A stretch of 63,613 bases of DNA, filler included. It is 5 parts of 5 records of this genome, joined end to end, with 100 filler letters (N's around TTAATTAATTAA, not from the genome) between each part and the next. Parts side by side here need not be neighbours in the genome. Positions count along the whole stretch, not along the records: positions 1 to 19,972 come from SRR31156797_1039; 4 more parts are not named here. One strand, 5' to 3'. Each line of letters opens with the position of its first letter. Position 1 is the first letter of the stretch. A program made the translations under genes and the position numbers. Below are positions 1-12,300 of the stretch, piece after piece. The notes beneath the pieces are model-generated. The model saw nothing but the letters and a program-made list of their open reading frames with translations, was not told the origin of the DNA and did no database searches.

Positions 1-427
1 TAATCCAAAATACATCATCCTTTCGTAATTATAGTTAACTTTCAAAATCCATATCTAAATAAAATAAATTTTAGATTATAGATTCATCAGTTACTATTTT
101 ATTTTTTATATATAAAATATTTTGCGACATTATATAAAAGCTATAATATTTTAGCCGCAATCTTTTTATACGAAAGCTTTGTGTTTTGCATTAACTTCTT
201 ATGTTCTGATTATACAACCCAATGTACAGATTGAGAATATAAAGAAAATAAGTAAAATATTAAAGATAATAAAATAAATTAAGTTATTTTTTTATCAATC
301 GCAAAATATCAAAGTTTCGTTCACCACATTCACCATTTATACCTTATTTCACTAGTTTTTATTGCTCTTTACTATATCATAAATTTAAAAAAAATAAAAA
401 AATAAATTTATTTTTTTTATTATTCTA

Positions 428-1099
428 TCATATATATTTATATAAATGTGTCGGCCGGCCGACAGTTCCATATTCTATTTCCAGCTTAATCTCACCTGTA
501 GATTCCAAATATTCCAAATAACGTCTAATCGTTACTTTAGTCAAAGATAATTCAACAGCTATTTCTTCACTGGTGTAATATTTAGAATTCTCCTTTAGGA
601 AATTCCGCACTCTATCAAGTGTTCTCTTATGCAAGCCTTTTTGAATTCCTATATTAGAATTTACTTTTGAATTTCCCAGAAATATTTTATCAAGCTCTGA
701 TTGCTTTAACTGCTCTTTTTCGTTCAAAATATCATGACGCTCTAAATAATTACTTAATGATTTTTTTAACCTCTCATATTCAAATGGTTTTACGAGATAA
801 TCAAACGCTCCCATTTTTAAAACTTCATCAACAGTTTCAATCTCTTTAGATGCAGTAACTAAAATAACATCAGCTGAAATTTTTCTTTTCCTCATCTCTT
901 TAAGAAATTTAACTCCGTCTAGTTTAGGCATATATACATCTAATATAATCAAATCGACTTCTTTTCTGCTGCAAAATTCTAATCCTTCCAAGCCATTTGC
1001 AGCTTGCCCGATCACTTTGAAAGAGTCAAGACTTTCGATATACCTTTTGTTTAATTGAGAAACCATAGGATCATCTTCGACAATAAGAACACTAATCAT
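428..1099 (-). CDS. CitB/DcuR-family response regulator (REC + HTH)
   Basis: Receiver motifs (VEDD, LDVYMP, KPF); C-terminal HTH ending TIRRYLEYL...GRP, typical of CitB/DcuR; overlaps the upstream sensor kinase gene. Confidence 0.9.
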   Translation of the reverse strand: MISVLIVEDDPMVSQLNKRYIESLDSFKVIGQAANGLEGLEFCSRKEVDLIILDVYMPKLDGVKFLKEMRKRKISADVILVTASKEIETVDEVLKMGAFDYLVKPFEYERLKKSLSNYLERHDILNEKEQLKQSELDKIFLGNSKVNSNIGIQKGLHKRTLDRVRNFLKENSKYYTSEEIAVELSLTKVTIRRYLEYLESTGEIKLEIEYGTVGRPTHLYKYI

Positions 1100-2720
1100 A
1101 ATTTTTTTCTCCTTGGATATTTTTTAAGTTCTTTGGAATAATAATATTAAAATAAGTTCCGATCCCCTTATCAGAATTAACTTTTATCTCCCCGTTTAAA
1201 CTCTTTACAACTCTTTTTACCAAATCAAGTCCTACACCCTTACTATCTTTTTTCGTTGTATAACCTCGTTCAAATATTTTTTCTAACTTTTTATTACTTA
1301 TTCCTATGCCATTATCTTCTATATCAATTTCAATAAATTTATTTGTTTCAAGTATTTTTAAATAAACAATTTTTTCCTCATTGGAAGTTTGAGATACTGC
1401 TTCAAATGCATTTTCAAGAAGATTTCCCAGTATTGTTACAAATACATGATTATTAATATCAGTATCATTTATATAATAACTATCTTCATTTATTTCCAGA
1501 TCTATATTCAGTTCCTTAGCTCTACTTATTTTTCCTAATAATAATCCTGCAATAGTTGGTTCTTTAACCCTTGAAGTTACTAGGCTAAGATTTTCCTCTT
1601 GATTTTCCGAAACGCTTTTTATATATTTTTTAGCTTCATCTATCTCTTTTAGATGAAGTAATCCCAGTATCACATGCAGTTTATTACTAAATTCATGTGT
1701 ATTGGCTCTTAGTGCTTCTATTATCTGTTTAACTCCGGTTACTTCTTCTGCTAAATTCGTAAATTCTGTTTTATCTCTAAAAGTTGCCATAGCACCGACT
1801 ATTTTGCCGTTATTTTTTATTGGAACTCTGTTTGCCAAAATAATAGTATTATTCACTATCATCTCTTTGTCATATTCTACTTCACCGTTTCTCAAGACAT
1901 TGGGAAGTTGTGTTGTATCAAAATAATCTAGTATCTTTTTACCTAAAAGATCTTTTTTATTATACTGATTATCAAGCTGGATTATTTTTAGTGCCGCTTC
2001 ATTTATTAATGTAATATTTTCATTATTATCTATTGCAATGATTCCTTCACTAATTGCTTCTAACATTCCGGTTTTATCATTATAAAGTTTTGCAATTTCT
2101 TCAGGTTCCAGTCCTAATAAACTTTTTTTGATACTTGCAGTTAGAAATACCGTACCAACTGTACCAATCATAAAACCAATAAAAGCAAATAAAAACAGGT
2201 TTGCTGTTGCTACTTTCATTGATTTATTTACACTTTCTTCCAGTGTTCCTACTGACACAAAACCTATTTGCTTATACTCATAATAAATAGGAGTAAAAGC
2301 TCTAAATGATATTCCTAAAGTCCCCTCTCCTCTTGAGATATAAGTTTCTCCTTTTTCCAAAACTCTGCTTTCATCTCCACCTCTAAATTTTTCGCCTATA
2401 CGGCTCGGATTAGGATGTGAGTATCTTGTACCATTCATATCAGCTACGACTATAAATTTTATATTCTCCAAATGTTTCGTCAACTCTTCGATATAAACTT
2501 GAATTTCTCCATTCGTATCTTTTTGCAATAGTTTTTCTCTTATAAGAGGTGTTTTTGCAACTATTTCAGCAGTATTCATAACATTTATCTCTACTTTATT
2601 ATGAATTTCATTAGATATCCATCGTACTAAAAAAGGTAAAATAAAGGATATGGAGATAAAAAGTACTCCTGTAATCATAATAGAAATTTTGGTTTGAAGT
2701 GTCATAATTTTCTTTTTCAT
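1092..2720 (-). CDS. CitA/DcuS-family sensor histidine kinase (sCache, PAS, SpoOB-type His, HATPase)
   Basis: Two TM segments flanking RYSHP...IG..F.GGD sensor domain; LRANTHEFSNKLH phospho-His box; GNLLENAFEA, DNGIGI, GVGL ATPase boxes. Confidence 0.9.
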   Translation of the reverse strand: MKKKIMTLQTKISIMITGVLFISISFILPFLVRWISNEIHNKVEINVMNTAEIVAKTPLIREKLLQKDTNGEIQVYIEELTKHLENIKFIVVADMNGTRYSHPNPSRIGEKFRGGDESRVLEKGETYISRGEGTLGISFRAFTPIYYEYKQIGFVSVGTLEESVNKSMKVATANLFLFAFIGFMIGTVGTVFLTASIKKSLLGLEPEEIAKLYNDKTGMLEAISEGIIAIDNNENITLINEAALKIIQLDNQYNKKDLLGKKILDYFDTTQLPNVLRNGEVEYDKEMIVNNTIILANRVPIKNNGKIVGAMATFRDKTEFTNLAEEVTGVKQIIEALRANTHEFSNKLHVILGLLHLKEIDEAKKYIKSVSENQEENLSLVTSRVKEPTIAGLLLGKISRAKELNIDLEINEDSYYINDTDINNHVFVTILGNLLENAFEAVSQTSNEEKIVYLKILETNKFIEIDIEDNGIGISNKKLEKIFERGYTTKKDSKGVGLDLVKRVVKSLNGEIKVNSDKGIGTYFNIIIPKNLKNIQGEKNYD

Positions 2721-2812
2721 CTTTTCCTCACTTCATAAAAAATATGTCTCTAAATTTTTTCATTATATATAAAAAAACCATTCCAACACTAGATTAGAAT
2801 GGTTAATATTTA

Positions 2813-3115
2813 TTATTTAAAAATACGACTAAGAATAACTTCTAAGTACACTTTAAGCTCACGTAAAAACTCAATTTTGGCTTCATCCGCTTCGTCCTTA
2901 GCAGAAGCACCTGTAGAAGAAGCTAGCTCACTAACATATTTCACAGGGAGATACCAAGACAAAATGCTAGAGATAAAAAACATCGCCATATAATGTTTTT
3001 CCTCATATTCAAACTCATCAAAGTATGCTTTATATTTTATACAATCAAAATATGTCATAGCCACCGCTATCAAACAACCAACAGCATAAAAGTTAATAAT
3101 TTTTGATATCAACAT
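2813..3115 (-). CDS. small hypothetical membrane protein (~100 aa)
   Basis: ORF with SD AGAGGTG just upstream of ATG at 3115; two hydrophobic stretches; followed by a hairpin and T-run on the minus strand (~2771-2804). Confidence 0.6.
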   Translation of the reverse strand: MLISKIINFYAVGCLIAVAMTYFDCIKYKAYFDEFEYEEKHYMAMFFISSILSWYLPVKYVSELASSTGASAKDEADEAKIEFLRELKVYLEVILSRIFK

Positions 3116-3360
3116 TCGCACCTCTTTAATTTTTTATTCAAAATATAATACCATAAATAAGATAATTTTGTAAACTTATTCTTAAAATTTCTTTAATAAA
3201 TTTATCTATATTTATTTTTAGTTATCTTTTGACTAGATATAAATTTTCTTAAAATATTAACTAATGATTTTTTAATCGCTTTAAAGTATAATTAATTTGG
3301 TAATAAACACATCTTATCTACTAAACAGATAATCTTAAAAAATATATAGGGAGGTTTATC

Positions 3361-4899
3361 ATGAAAAAACATTTTTATAAAATTCTATTCTTACTATTTA
3401 CTCTATCGAGTTTAAGTTTTGCGAACTCACTCTCTACAAATATCGAACTAGATCACCCTCTCATTATTGCAAATGAAAAAAATATTATTTACGCTGTAAT
3501 TAAACTAAACGCTATAACTATCAAAGAGGAGAATATGCCGGAAAGACCTAAACTTAATCTTAGTTTAGTCATTGACAGATCAGGCTCTATGGATGAGAAG
3601 GGCAAGATGGAGTATGCTAAACAAGCAGCAAAATCACTTGTTGACTTCTTAGAAATAAAAGATATTTTATCAATAGTAGAATATGATGACCAAATTTCTG
3701 TATTATGGCCTGCTTCACCTGTTGAACGACCTAATATAGTTAAAAGCCATATCAGCGAGCTTTATCCCAGAGGTAGTACTAATCTAACAGGTGGAATGAT
3801 GGAGGGAGTAAGTGAAGTAAACAAAAATATGGATAATGAGAAATTAAATCGAGTCATTCTATTATCTGACGGATTAGCGAATATGGGGATTCAAGATCCT
3901 AATAAAATTAAAAAACTGGTTCAAAAAGCAAAAGCCGGCGGTGTAAGAATCTCTACAATGGGCCTAGGTCTTGATTATAATGAAGATTTAATGCTTGCAA
4001 TTGCAGAACATGGTGGTGGAAATTATTATTTTATAGAGAATCCTAAACAAATGAGAAGAATATTTGAACAAGAGATCAACACACTTTTTACAACTGTAGC
4101 AAAAGATATTACAATTACTTTTAACTTTTCTTCAAATATTAAATCAATTGAAACATTTGGTTATATTTCGCAAACAAAAAATAATAATCTAAATATTGAT
4201 ATAGAAAACCTCTATTCCGGTGAAAGCAGAACTATTTTAATCAGGATGGAAATTGAACCTGATAGTAAAGAGGAGTTAGAACTAGGAGAGTTTCAAATAA
4301 AATATTTTGACATAGACAAAGATTCGGATAATAGCACTATGCAAAATTTATCAGTAACAACAACCACAGATGAAACTCTCTATAAGAAATCAACTAACAA
4401 AGAAATTGAATCAGAAGCTCTATTAATAGAAGCTGACAAAAAACATGAGGAATATATAAAATTATACGAACAGGGAAATAAAGAAGATGCTATTGAAAAC
4501 ATTAAGATTTTAGAAAAAGAATTACTTGATAAAAATTCATCACTAAACAACGTAGAACTTTCTAAAAAAATCGAAGCATTGAAAATGGAAAGTGAAGAGA
4601 TCGAAGCAGCTGATGAAAGCTTTGATCAAAGACAAATATATCTAAAGAAAAGTAAACAACGTTTCTACGGAGGTAAAAAAGGTCAAAGAAGTAAGTATAT
4701 TCAACAACAAGGTATGCAAGGTTATGATATAGAAGTCTTACAAGAAGCACTGCAAAAATCCGGATTCTATAACGGTGATATTGATGGGATGTTCACAGAA
4801 GAAGTTAAAGAAGCTGTTATAGAGTTCCAACAATCAAAAGGTTTAACACCTGATGGTATTGCAGGACCAGCTACATTGAAAGCATTGGGAATTTATTAA
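3361..4899 (+). CDS. secreted VWA-domain protein with C-terminal peptidoglycan-binding (PG_binding_1) domain
   Basis: SD GGGAGG; signal peptide ending SFA; MIDAS DRSGS, LLSDG, GGGNYYF; C-terminus LQEALQKSGFY.G.IDG...FQQSKGLTPDGIAGPAT. Confidence 0.85.
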   Translation: MKKHFYKILFLLFTLSSLSFANSLSTNIELDHPLIIANEKNIIYAVIKLNAITIKEENMPERPKLNLSLVIDRSGSMDEKGKMEYAKQAAKSLVDFLEIKDILSIVEYDDQISVLWPASPVERPNIVKSHISELYPRGSTNLTGGMMEGVSEVNKNMDNEKLNRVILLSDGLANMGIQDPNKIKKLVQKAKAGGVRISTMGLGLDYNEDLMLAIAEHGGGNYYFIENPKQMRRIFEQEINTLFTTVAKDITITFNFSSNIKSIETFGYISQTKNNNLNIDIENLYSGESRTILIRMEIEPDSKEELELGEFQIKYFDIDKDSDNSTMQNLSVTTTTDETLYKKSTNKEIESEALLIEADKKHEEYIKLYEQGNKEDAIENIKILEKELLDKNSSLNNVELSKKIEALKMESEEIEAADESFDQRQIYLKKSKQRFYGGKKGQRSKYIQQQGMQGYDIEVLQEALQKSGFYNGDIDGMFTEEVKEAVIEFQQSKGLTPDGIAGPATLKALGIY

Positions 4900-4910
4900 T
4901 TTTCCAGACT

Positions 4911-4943
4911 AAAGAATCGGGTATCTTATCCGATTCTTTTTTT
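4911..4943 (+). terminator. intrinsic terminator
   Basis: AAAGAATCGG...CCGATTCTTT stem followed by a T-run. Confidence 0.8.
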
Positions 4944-5055
4944 ATTTACATTATTTTTTCTTCTAAAACTTAATAAATCTTTGAATAATTCTACCAATAT
5001 GAAGTATAATAGAATTGATGCTTAATATTTTTTATTTTTTTTAGAAAGGATTTTT

Positions 5056-6147
5056 ATGAAGAAACAATTAATCATATTATTTATGCTCACATTCTCGCTA
5101 ATCTCTTTAGGAAAAATAAATATCTCATTTATAAATCCCGGCAGATCAGACGAAACATTTTGGGTGATGGTGTCAGAGTTTATGAAAGCCTCTGCTGAAG
5201 ACCTTGAAATTGAACTTGAGGTAATTTATGCTGAGCGTAACTTTTTAAGCGCTGTAACTATTATGAGGGAACTTGTAAGCAGAGATAATAAGCCTGATTA
5301 TGTTGTGATTGTTAACGAAAAACTTATTGCCCCCAGACTATTAAAAATTTCCGAAGAAGAGAATATAAAAACATTTATGATATTAAATGATCTTACACCA
5401 GAGCAAAAATTAGAAGAGGGAATACCGAGAGTAAAACATAAAAACTGGCTTGGAAGTTTGATCCCAAATAATGACGACGCAGGTTATATGATCGCTGATT
5501 CTCTAATTAAAAAAGCTAATGAAGTAAAAGGCAAGGGAATTCAAAATATGATTGCCATAGCAGGAAATAGAGTTACCCCTGCTTCTGTTCAGAGAGTAGA
5601 TGGATTACGAAGAGCTATTAATGAGAACTCAAATGTTAACCTACTACAAATATTATATGCAGAATGGAATGAAAATGAAGCATATATTATGACTAATGGA
5701 ATGCTAAATAGATATGACAAGATTGACATGATCTGGGCTATAAATGACCCGACAGCATTCGGAGCTATAAAAGCTATCGAAGAGGAAAATAAAGTGCCGG
5801 GTAAGGATATCCTAATCAGTGGCTTAAACTGGTCAAATGACGCCATTAAGAAGATTAAAGATGGAAAGATGCTTAGTACTATTGGAGGACATTTCATGGT
5901 AGGTGGCTGGTCAATGGTTATACTCCGAGATTATCATGAAGGAATTGATTTCATAAGTGATGAGAAAACTACAAAATTAGAAGTAAATGTATTTGGGATT
6001 ATCGATTCATCAAACGCTGATAATTATATTAATAATTTTGGTGATTCAAATTGGAGTAAAATTGATTTTAGATATTTTTCTAAGCATTATAACAATAATC
6101 TTGATAACTATGACTTTAGTTTGGATAGGATATTAGAGCAATTTTAA
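5056..6147 (+). CDS. periplasmic substrate-binding protein, type 1 (RbsB/LacI-like fold), with no permease nearby
   Basis: N-terminal signal; INPG..ETFW, IWAINDPTAFGA, GKDILISG, GGHF motifs of sugar-binding-like PBPs. Confidence 0.8.
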   Translation: MKKQLIILFMLTFSLISLGKINISFINPGRSDETFWVMVSEFMKASAEDLEIELEVIYAERNFLSAVTIMRELVSRDNKPDYVVIVNEKLIAPRLLKISEEENIKTFMILNDLTPEQKLEEGIPRVKHKNWLGSLIPNNDDAGYMIADSLIKKANEVKGKGIQNMIAIAGNRVTPASVQRVDGLRRAINENSNVNLLQILYAEWNENEAYIMTNGMLNRYDKIDMIWAINDPTAFGAIKAIEEENKVPGKDILISGLNWSNDAIKKIKDGKMLSTIGGHFMVGGWSMVILRDYHEGIDFISDEKTTKLEVNVFGIIDSSNADNYINNFGDSNWSKIDFRYFSKHYNNNLDNYDFSLDRILEQF

Positions 6148-6164
6148 ATATTATCAAAATAATA

Positions 6165-6200
6165 GAAGATGATTTCTGTGTCTACAGTGTCATCTTTTTT
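6165..6200 (+). terminator. probable intrinsic terminator
   Basis: AAGATGA...TCATCTT stem followed by a T-run. Confidence 0.55.
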
Positions 6201-6386
6201 ATTTTATCATACTATTTTCCCGCATAATTGATTAGAGTTTTTCCTATATAATTTTCATATTAAGCTATAAAATCATTTTGTGTGAAATAACCTATCAATA
6301 TAGAATAATATATTGATTTAATTCACTATTAAATATATAATTGTATGTGAAAATAAATAAGTAAGTATCAGGACTGGAGGAGCAAG

Positions 6387-9300
6387 ATGATTAAAATTTC
6401 AGGTTACAAACTCTCCGAAATAATTTATAAAGGTTGGAACTCAATCGTATATAGAGCCAAAGATATTGAAAATAATAAAAATGTTATTATAAAGGTTTTT
6501 TCGAAAGAAAAAGCTACTGGAGATGACATTGCTCGTTTCAGAAGAGAGTTCGCAATTACTGCCTCTTTTGATTACAATGGTATAATTAAGGTATTTAAAT
6601 TAGAAAACATCAATAATACTCTAGGAATTATTATGGAGGATTTTAATGGTATTTCTCTTGAGGAAATATTAGAAAAACGTAAAATTTCGCCAAAAGAGCT
6701 GTTAGAACTTTCAATATCAATTGCAAATAGTCTTGGTCATATTCATGAAAATCAAATCATACATAAAGATGTAAATTTGTCTAATATTCTATGGAATGAT
6801 ACTACTAAGCAAGTTAAAATAATTGATTTTGGAATCTCAACAGAACTATCGAGGGAAAACTTAGAAATTAAAAATCTAAACGTACTAGAAGGTTCCCTTC
6901 ATTACATTTCTCCTGAGCAAACTGGAAGAATGAATAAAACTCTTGATTATCGTACTGATTTTTATTCATTAGGTGTTACTTTTTATAAATTAATCACTGG
7001 TAAACTTCCTTTTGAAAGTAATGATACTATGGAGTTAGTTCATAGCCATATTGCAATTGAGCCTACTCCTATTATTAATATAGAGCATAATAATTGGACA
7101 AATAAAAATGAAAAAACAGCTTATAGTATGCTTTCTCAAATTATTAATAAATTAATGTCAAAAACTCCTGAAAAAAGATATCAAAGCTCATTTGGCTTGG
7201 TTCACGATTTGGAAGAGTGTCTTAAATTAGTTAATCATCAAAGCGAAATTCAAAAGCATTTTATTCCTGGAGCAAAGGATATTACTGAACGATTTCAAAT
7301 ACCTCAAAAGTTATACGGGCGTGACACAGAAATTGAATCTTTAATGAATGCATTTAATAGAATTAAAGTTGGCGGCAAAGAGTTATTGCTTGTATCAGGA
7401 CGTTCAGGCATTGGAAAATCAGCATTGATTAATGAAATACATAAACCAGTAATAGAAAAACGCGGTTACTTCATTAAAGGAAAATTTGATCAATTTAAAA
7501 GAGATATTCCATATTCTGCATTTGGAATAGCGATTTCCAAATTAATTGAGCAAATCCTCGTGAGTGATAATAGTGTTATTTCATATTGGAAAGAAAGAAT
7601 ATTGAATAAACTCGGAATTAACGGACAAATTATTATTGATATGGTTCCTGAACTTCAATTATTAATAGGAAATCAACCTCCGTTGAAAAAATTGGGTCTT
7701 GATGAGACAAGAAACCGTTTTGTTTTAACTGTACAAAATTTCGTTAGAGCATTAGGTGACCCCAAGCATCCTGTTGTAATATTCCTTGATGATTTACAAT
7801 GGGCAGATTTAGCTTCACTTAAACTGATCGAGCTAACTATAAGTGACGTAAACGTTAAAGGTTTATTAATCATCGGTGCTTATCGAGATAATGAAATTAA
7901 TGAAATCCATCCTTTAACTGACACAATTGAAGAGATAAAAAAAGAAAACAAAAGATTAAAAGAGTTAGGATTAATTAATCAAGAGCTTATTACTAATATC
8001 TTAATTGAACCTCTTAATTTTGATAATGTTCTTGAACTAACTAGTGAAACTCTGTATAGGGAGAAAGATGAAATTCAGCAATTTGCTGGACTATGTTATA
8101 AAAAAACAAATGGAAATCCGTTTTTCCTCAATCAACTATTACTAGAATTATATAGAAATAGTATTGTTAATTTTAATTACAAATCAGGTTGTTGGATATG
8201 GAATGAAAAAATGCTAACGACATATCGTATCACGGATAATGTAGTTGAATTAATGGAAGATAAAATCAAGACTCTCTCTAATAAATCACAAAATCTTATC
8301 AAGCTTGCTGCATGTGCAGGAAATAGTTTTAATTTGAATACTCTTGCAATCATTAGTAATATGAGTGCAAGAGAAACAGCTACAGATTTATGGAAAATCT
8401 TAAAGACAGGTCTTATAGAACCAAAGGATGAGAATTACAAATATATCGATATAGGAAACTCCAATGATAATCTAGAATTCAATCCAAAGTATGCTTTCAT
8501 TCATGATCGAGTTCAACAAGCTGGATATTCTATGATATCAGATAATGAAAAACAAAAAATTCATGTTAGTATAGCTAGACTTATGCTTAACGAACTAGAT
8601 ATTTCAGATAATTTTGAAATCGATAAAATTTCTAAAATTGATGATGAAATATTTGAAATAATAAATCATTTCAACAAAGGAATTAGTGTAATTAATGATC
8701 CACATGAAAAAAATATTATTTTGAAACTAAATTTAAAAGCTGGAAAAAAAGCGATGACTTCAAATGCATACAGACCTGCACTAAATTATTTCAAAACATG
8801 TTTTAAACTTCTCGAAGAGAATTATTGGTCTGAAAACTATTCTTTCACAATGAGCCTATATGTTAACGCCTTAGAAGCAGCATATTACAATTTTGATTTT
8901 GAATTAATAGACAAATTATCAAGTACTATTCTTGATAATACGAGAACTATCTTTGATGAAGTTCCAGTTTATGAAATCCTAATGAAAAGTTTTTCGGCAC
9001 AACATAAACTTGATCAAGTTGTTTTGACTGGAAGTGAAATTTTAAAAAAATTAGGTTTAACTTTACCACATAAACCAAGCAAATTACATTTATTAAAAGA
9101 ATTTTTTAAAACAAAAAAAATTCTAAAAGGAAAATCTATTGATGACTTATATAATTTACCATTAATATCAAATAAAGAAGCTCTTGCAAAATGTGATGTT
9201 TTGGGTACCATGCTTACTTCTGCATATTTTGCAAGACCAGATTTAGCACCTTTGCTTAGTTTGAAATTGATGCAGTTGGCAATTCAATTCGGGAATTATC

Positions 9301-12300
9301 CTAAATCTCATATATACCCTTTTTATGGAGCTATGAGTCTTGCGATAAGTAAAGATTATGAAACATGTTACCAATTTGGTGAACTTGGATTAAGATTATC
9401 TCAAAAGGAAGAGTTTAGAGAATCAAGAGCTAGAAATATTTTGATGTTTTATACTATGAATCATCATTGGAAAAAACCATTAAGAGAATCTGTAGAAGCT
9501 CTGCATGAAGGATTTCAAGCTGCACTGGAAGTAGGAGATTTGGAATATGCATGTTTATGTCTTCATGTGCCTGGTTATCATGGCATTCATGCAGGTTTAG
9601 AGCTTAGTGAACACGCTAAACAAATGGACCATCATAGAGAACAGATGATACATCTAAAAAATAAAACTATTCTTAAAATATTTGGTTTGAGTAGGCAGGC
9701 GGCAGCCTCATTAATGGGGGAAACTGATAACCCATATATAATCTCAGGTAAATTTTTTAGAGAAGAAACTGATATTGAACTTTGTAAAAAAGCTAATGCT
9801 AAAACTACTATAGGGGCCTTTTATCAATGGAAAATTATTCTGGGATATTTATTTGCAAAATATGATCTGGCGCTTGAAAATGATAATAATATTCAGGAAT
9901 ATAAAAAAGCTATGCTTGGTCTTGCTCATATGCCTATGAATTACTTATATTCTTCCTTGACGCGGCTTGCATTATATGAGACTGCAACAGTGAAGGAAAG
10001 AAAAAAATATTTGAAAGTGGTTCTTAAAAATCAAAAAACTTTAAAAACATGGGCAAAACACTCACCCAACAACCATCTGCATAAATGGCATTTAGTAGAA
10101 GCTGAACTGGCTAAAACCAGAGATCAGTTTAAAGATGCAATTCATCACTATGAAGCTGCAATAGAACTTGCTAGGGGAAATATGTGTTCATTGGAAGAAG
10201 CGCAAGCTTGTGAACTTTATGCTAAATTCTGGGAGAAAAATGGAAATAGCAAGTTTGAACAACTCTATATCCTGGAAGCTCATTCGACTTTTGAAAAATG
10301 GGGCGCAAAGGCTAAGAGTAAACAGCTGGAAACTCTTTACCCGGACTATTTACTTAAGGCAGAGCGTAGTAATATTGGAACAATAAATATTCCAAATACT
10401 ACATTGATAGATACAAATATTGCGTCTACTAATATTTTAGATCTATTTTCAAGTCAAAAAGCATTTCAAACTATTTCGAATGAAATAAATTTGAATAAAC
10501 TTCTTACTAAAATTATGGCAGTTGTTATCGAAAATGCCGGAGCTGAAAAAGGAGCCTTAATCTTACCAAAAGAAAAAATATGGAATATAGAAGTTATCGG
10601 AAATACTAAAACCAAAGAAAATAAATTAGTTAATAGTATTCCTTTATTTATAAATGCAAATGATAAAATTGAAGGAATAGAAAATGAAGAAAACTCTTTA
10701 ATCTCTAAAAATATTGTAAAATATGTCATAAATACTAATGATACTATCATCCTTGATAATGCTTGGAAATCAGGAAACTTTAGCAATGATAAATATATCT
10801 CCAATAATAAAGTTAAATCTGTGTTATGTATACCATTACTAAATCAAAGTGAATTAATTGCTGTTTTATATTTGGAAAACAATCTTGCTAATAGTGTTTT
10901 TACTCCTGATAGAATACAGGTTTTAAAATTACTTTCATCACAGGCAGCAATCTCAATAAAAAATGCAACTCTTTATTCTAAATTAAGGAAATCAGAAAAT
11001 AAGTTTAGAAGTATTTTTGAAAATGCAGGTGTTGGAATTTTCCAAACAACTTTAAGTGGTAAACTATTAACGGTTAATCAGGCTGGAGCGTCATTACTTA
11101 AATATAATTCCCCGTTAGAGGCAATAAATCTAATTGAAAACATGTCTGAAAACCTTTATGTTGATTCTTTCAGAAGAGAAGAGTTTGTTCAATTAGTTCA
11201 AGAAAACGGAATAGTTAAAAATTTCGAGTTTGAGTGCTGGCGTAAAGATAAAAGTATAATTACAGCATCTATCAATGCTCATTTAGTAAAAGACGAAAAG
11301 GGTGAAATTAAGTATTTAGAAGGCATCTTTGAAGATATTACGAAGAAAAAATTAGCTGATAAATATAAAATAGATAAAGAAGTGGCTGAAGCATCTACAA
11401 AAGCAAAAAGTGATTTTCTTGCCAATATGAGTCATGAAATTCGAACTCCGATGAATGCTGTTATTGGTTTATCTGAGTTAGCATTAAAGGCAGAAATCAA
11501 ACCTAAACAAAAAGACTATCTTAAAAAAATAAACAATTCTGCACAGGGTTTACTTCGAATAATTAATGAAATTCTAGATTATTCGAAAATTGAAGCTGGT
11601 AAAATGAGTATAGAAAATGTTCCTTTTACATTTAATGAGATTATGGAAACAATTGAATTTTCGATTGGATTAACTGCTTCGAAAAAAAATATTGATTTAG
11701 TATTTGATATTTCAGATGAAATCCCAGATTATCTTATTGGTGATCCAGTTAGGCTCGGACAAATATTAATCAATTTAGCAGGTAATGCTGTCAAATTTAC
11801 TGATAAAGGTAAAATTACTATATCATCTGAGATAATTGAAAATAATAACGAGTCTATAAAATTATTATTCTCAGTAAAAGATACGGGTATTGGAATGAAA
11901 GAAGAACAACTTCAAAAGTTATTCCGATCATTTCAACAAGCTGACACAACTATTAGTAGAAAATACGGTGGTACTGGATTAGGTTTAGCGATTTCAAAAC
12001 AGCTTGTTAATATGATGAATGGAACTATCAATGTTGAAAGTGAATTTGGGAAAGGAAGTCTTTTTACTTTTGAATTGAGCTTTGGTATTACAACAGAAAT
12101 CGAGACTTTAAATTTCTATAAAAATGAAAGTCCGCTACACGAATTAAATCAAATAAAAGGCGCATCTATTCTTTTGGCAGAAGATAATCCAATAAACCAA
12201 CAAATTTCTAAAGAATTTATAGAAAATATGGGGCTAAATGTTGAGATTGCTGAAAATGGTTTAGCAGCCGTTGAGAGTGTAAAAAAGAAAACTTTTGATC

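Noticed and set aside
1-24. Possible start of a minus-strand gene (MYFGL...) with SD GAAAGG at the window edge
   Set aside because: Only about 5 codons are visible, so no product can be assigned
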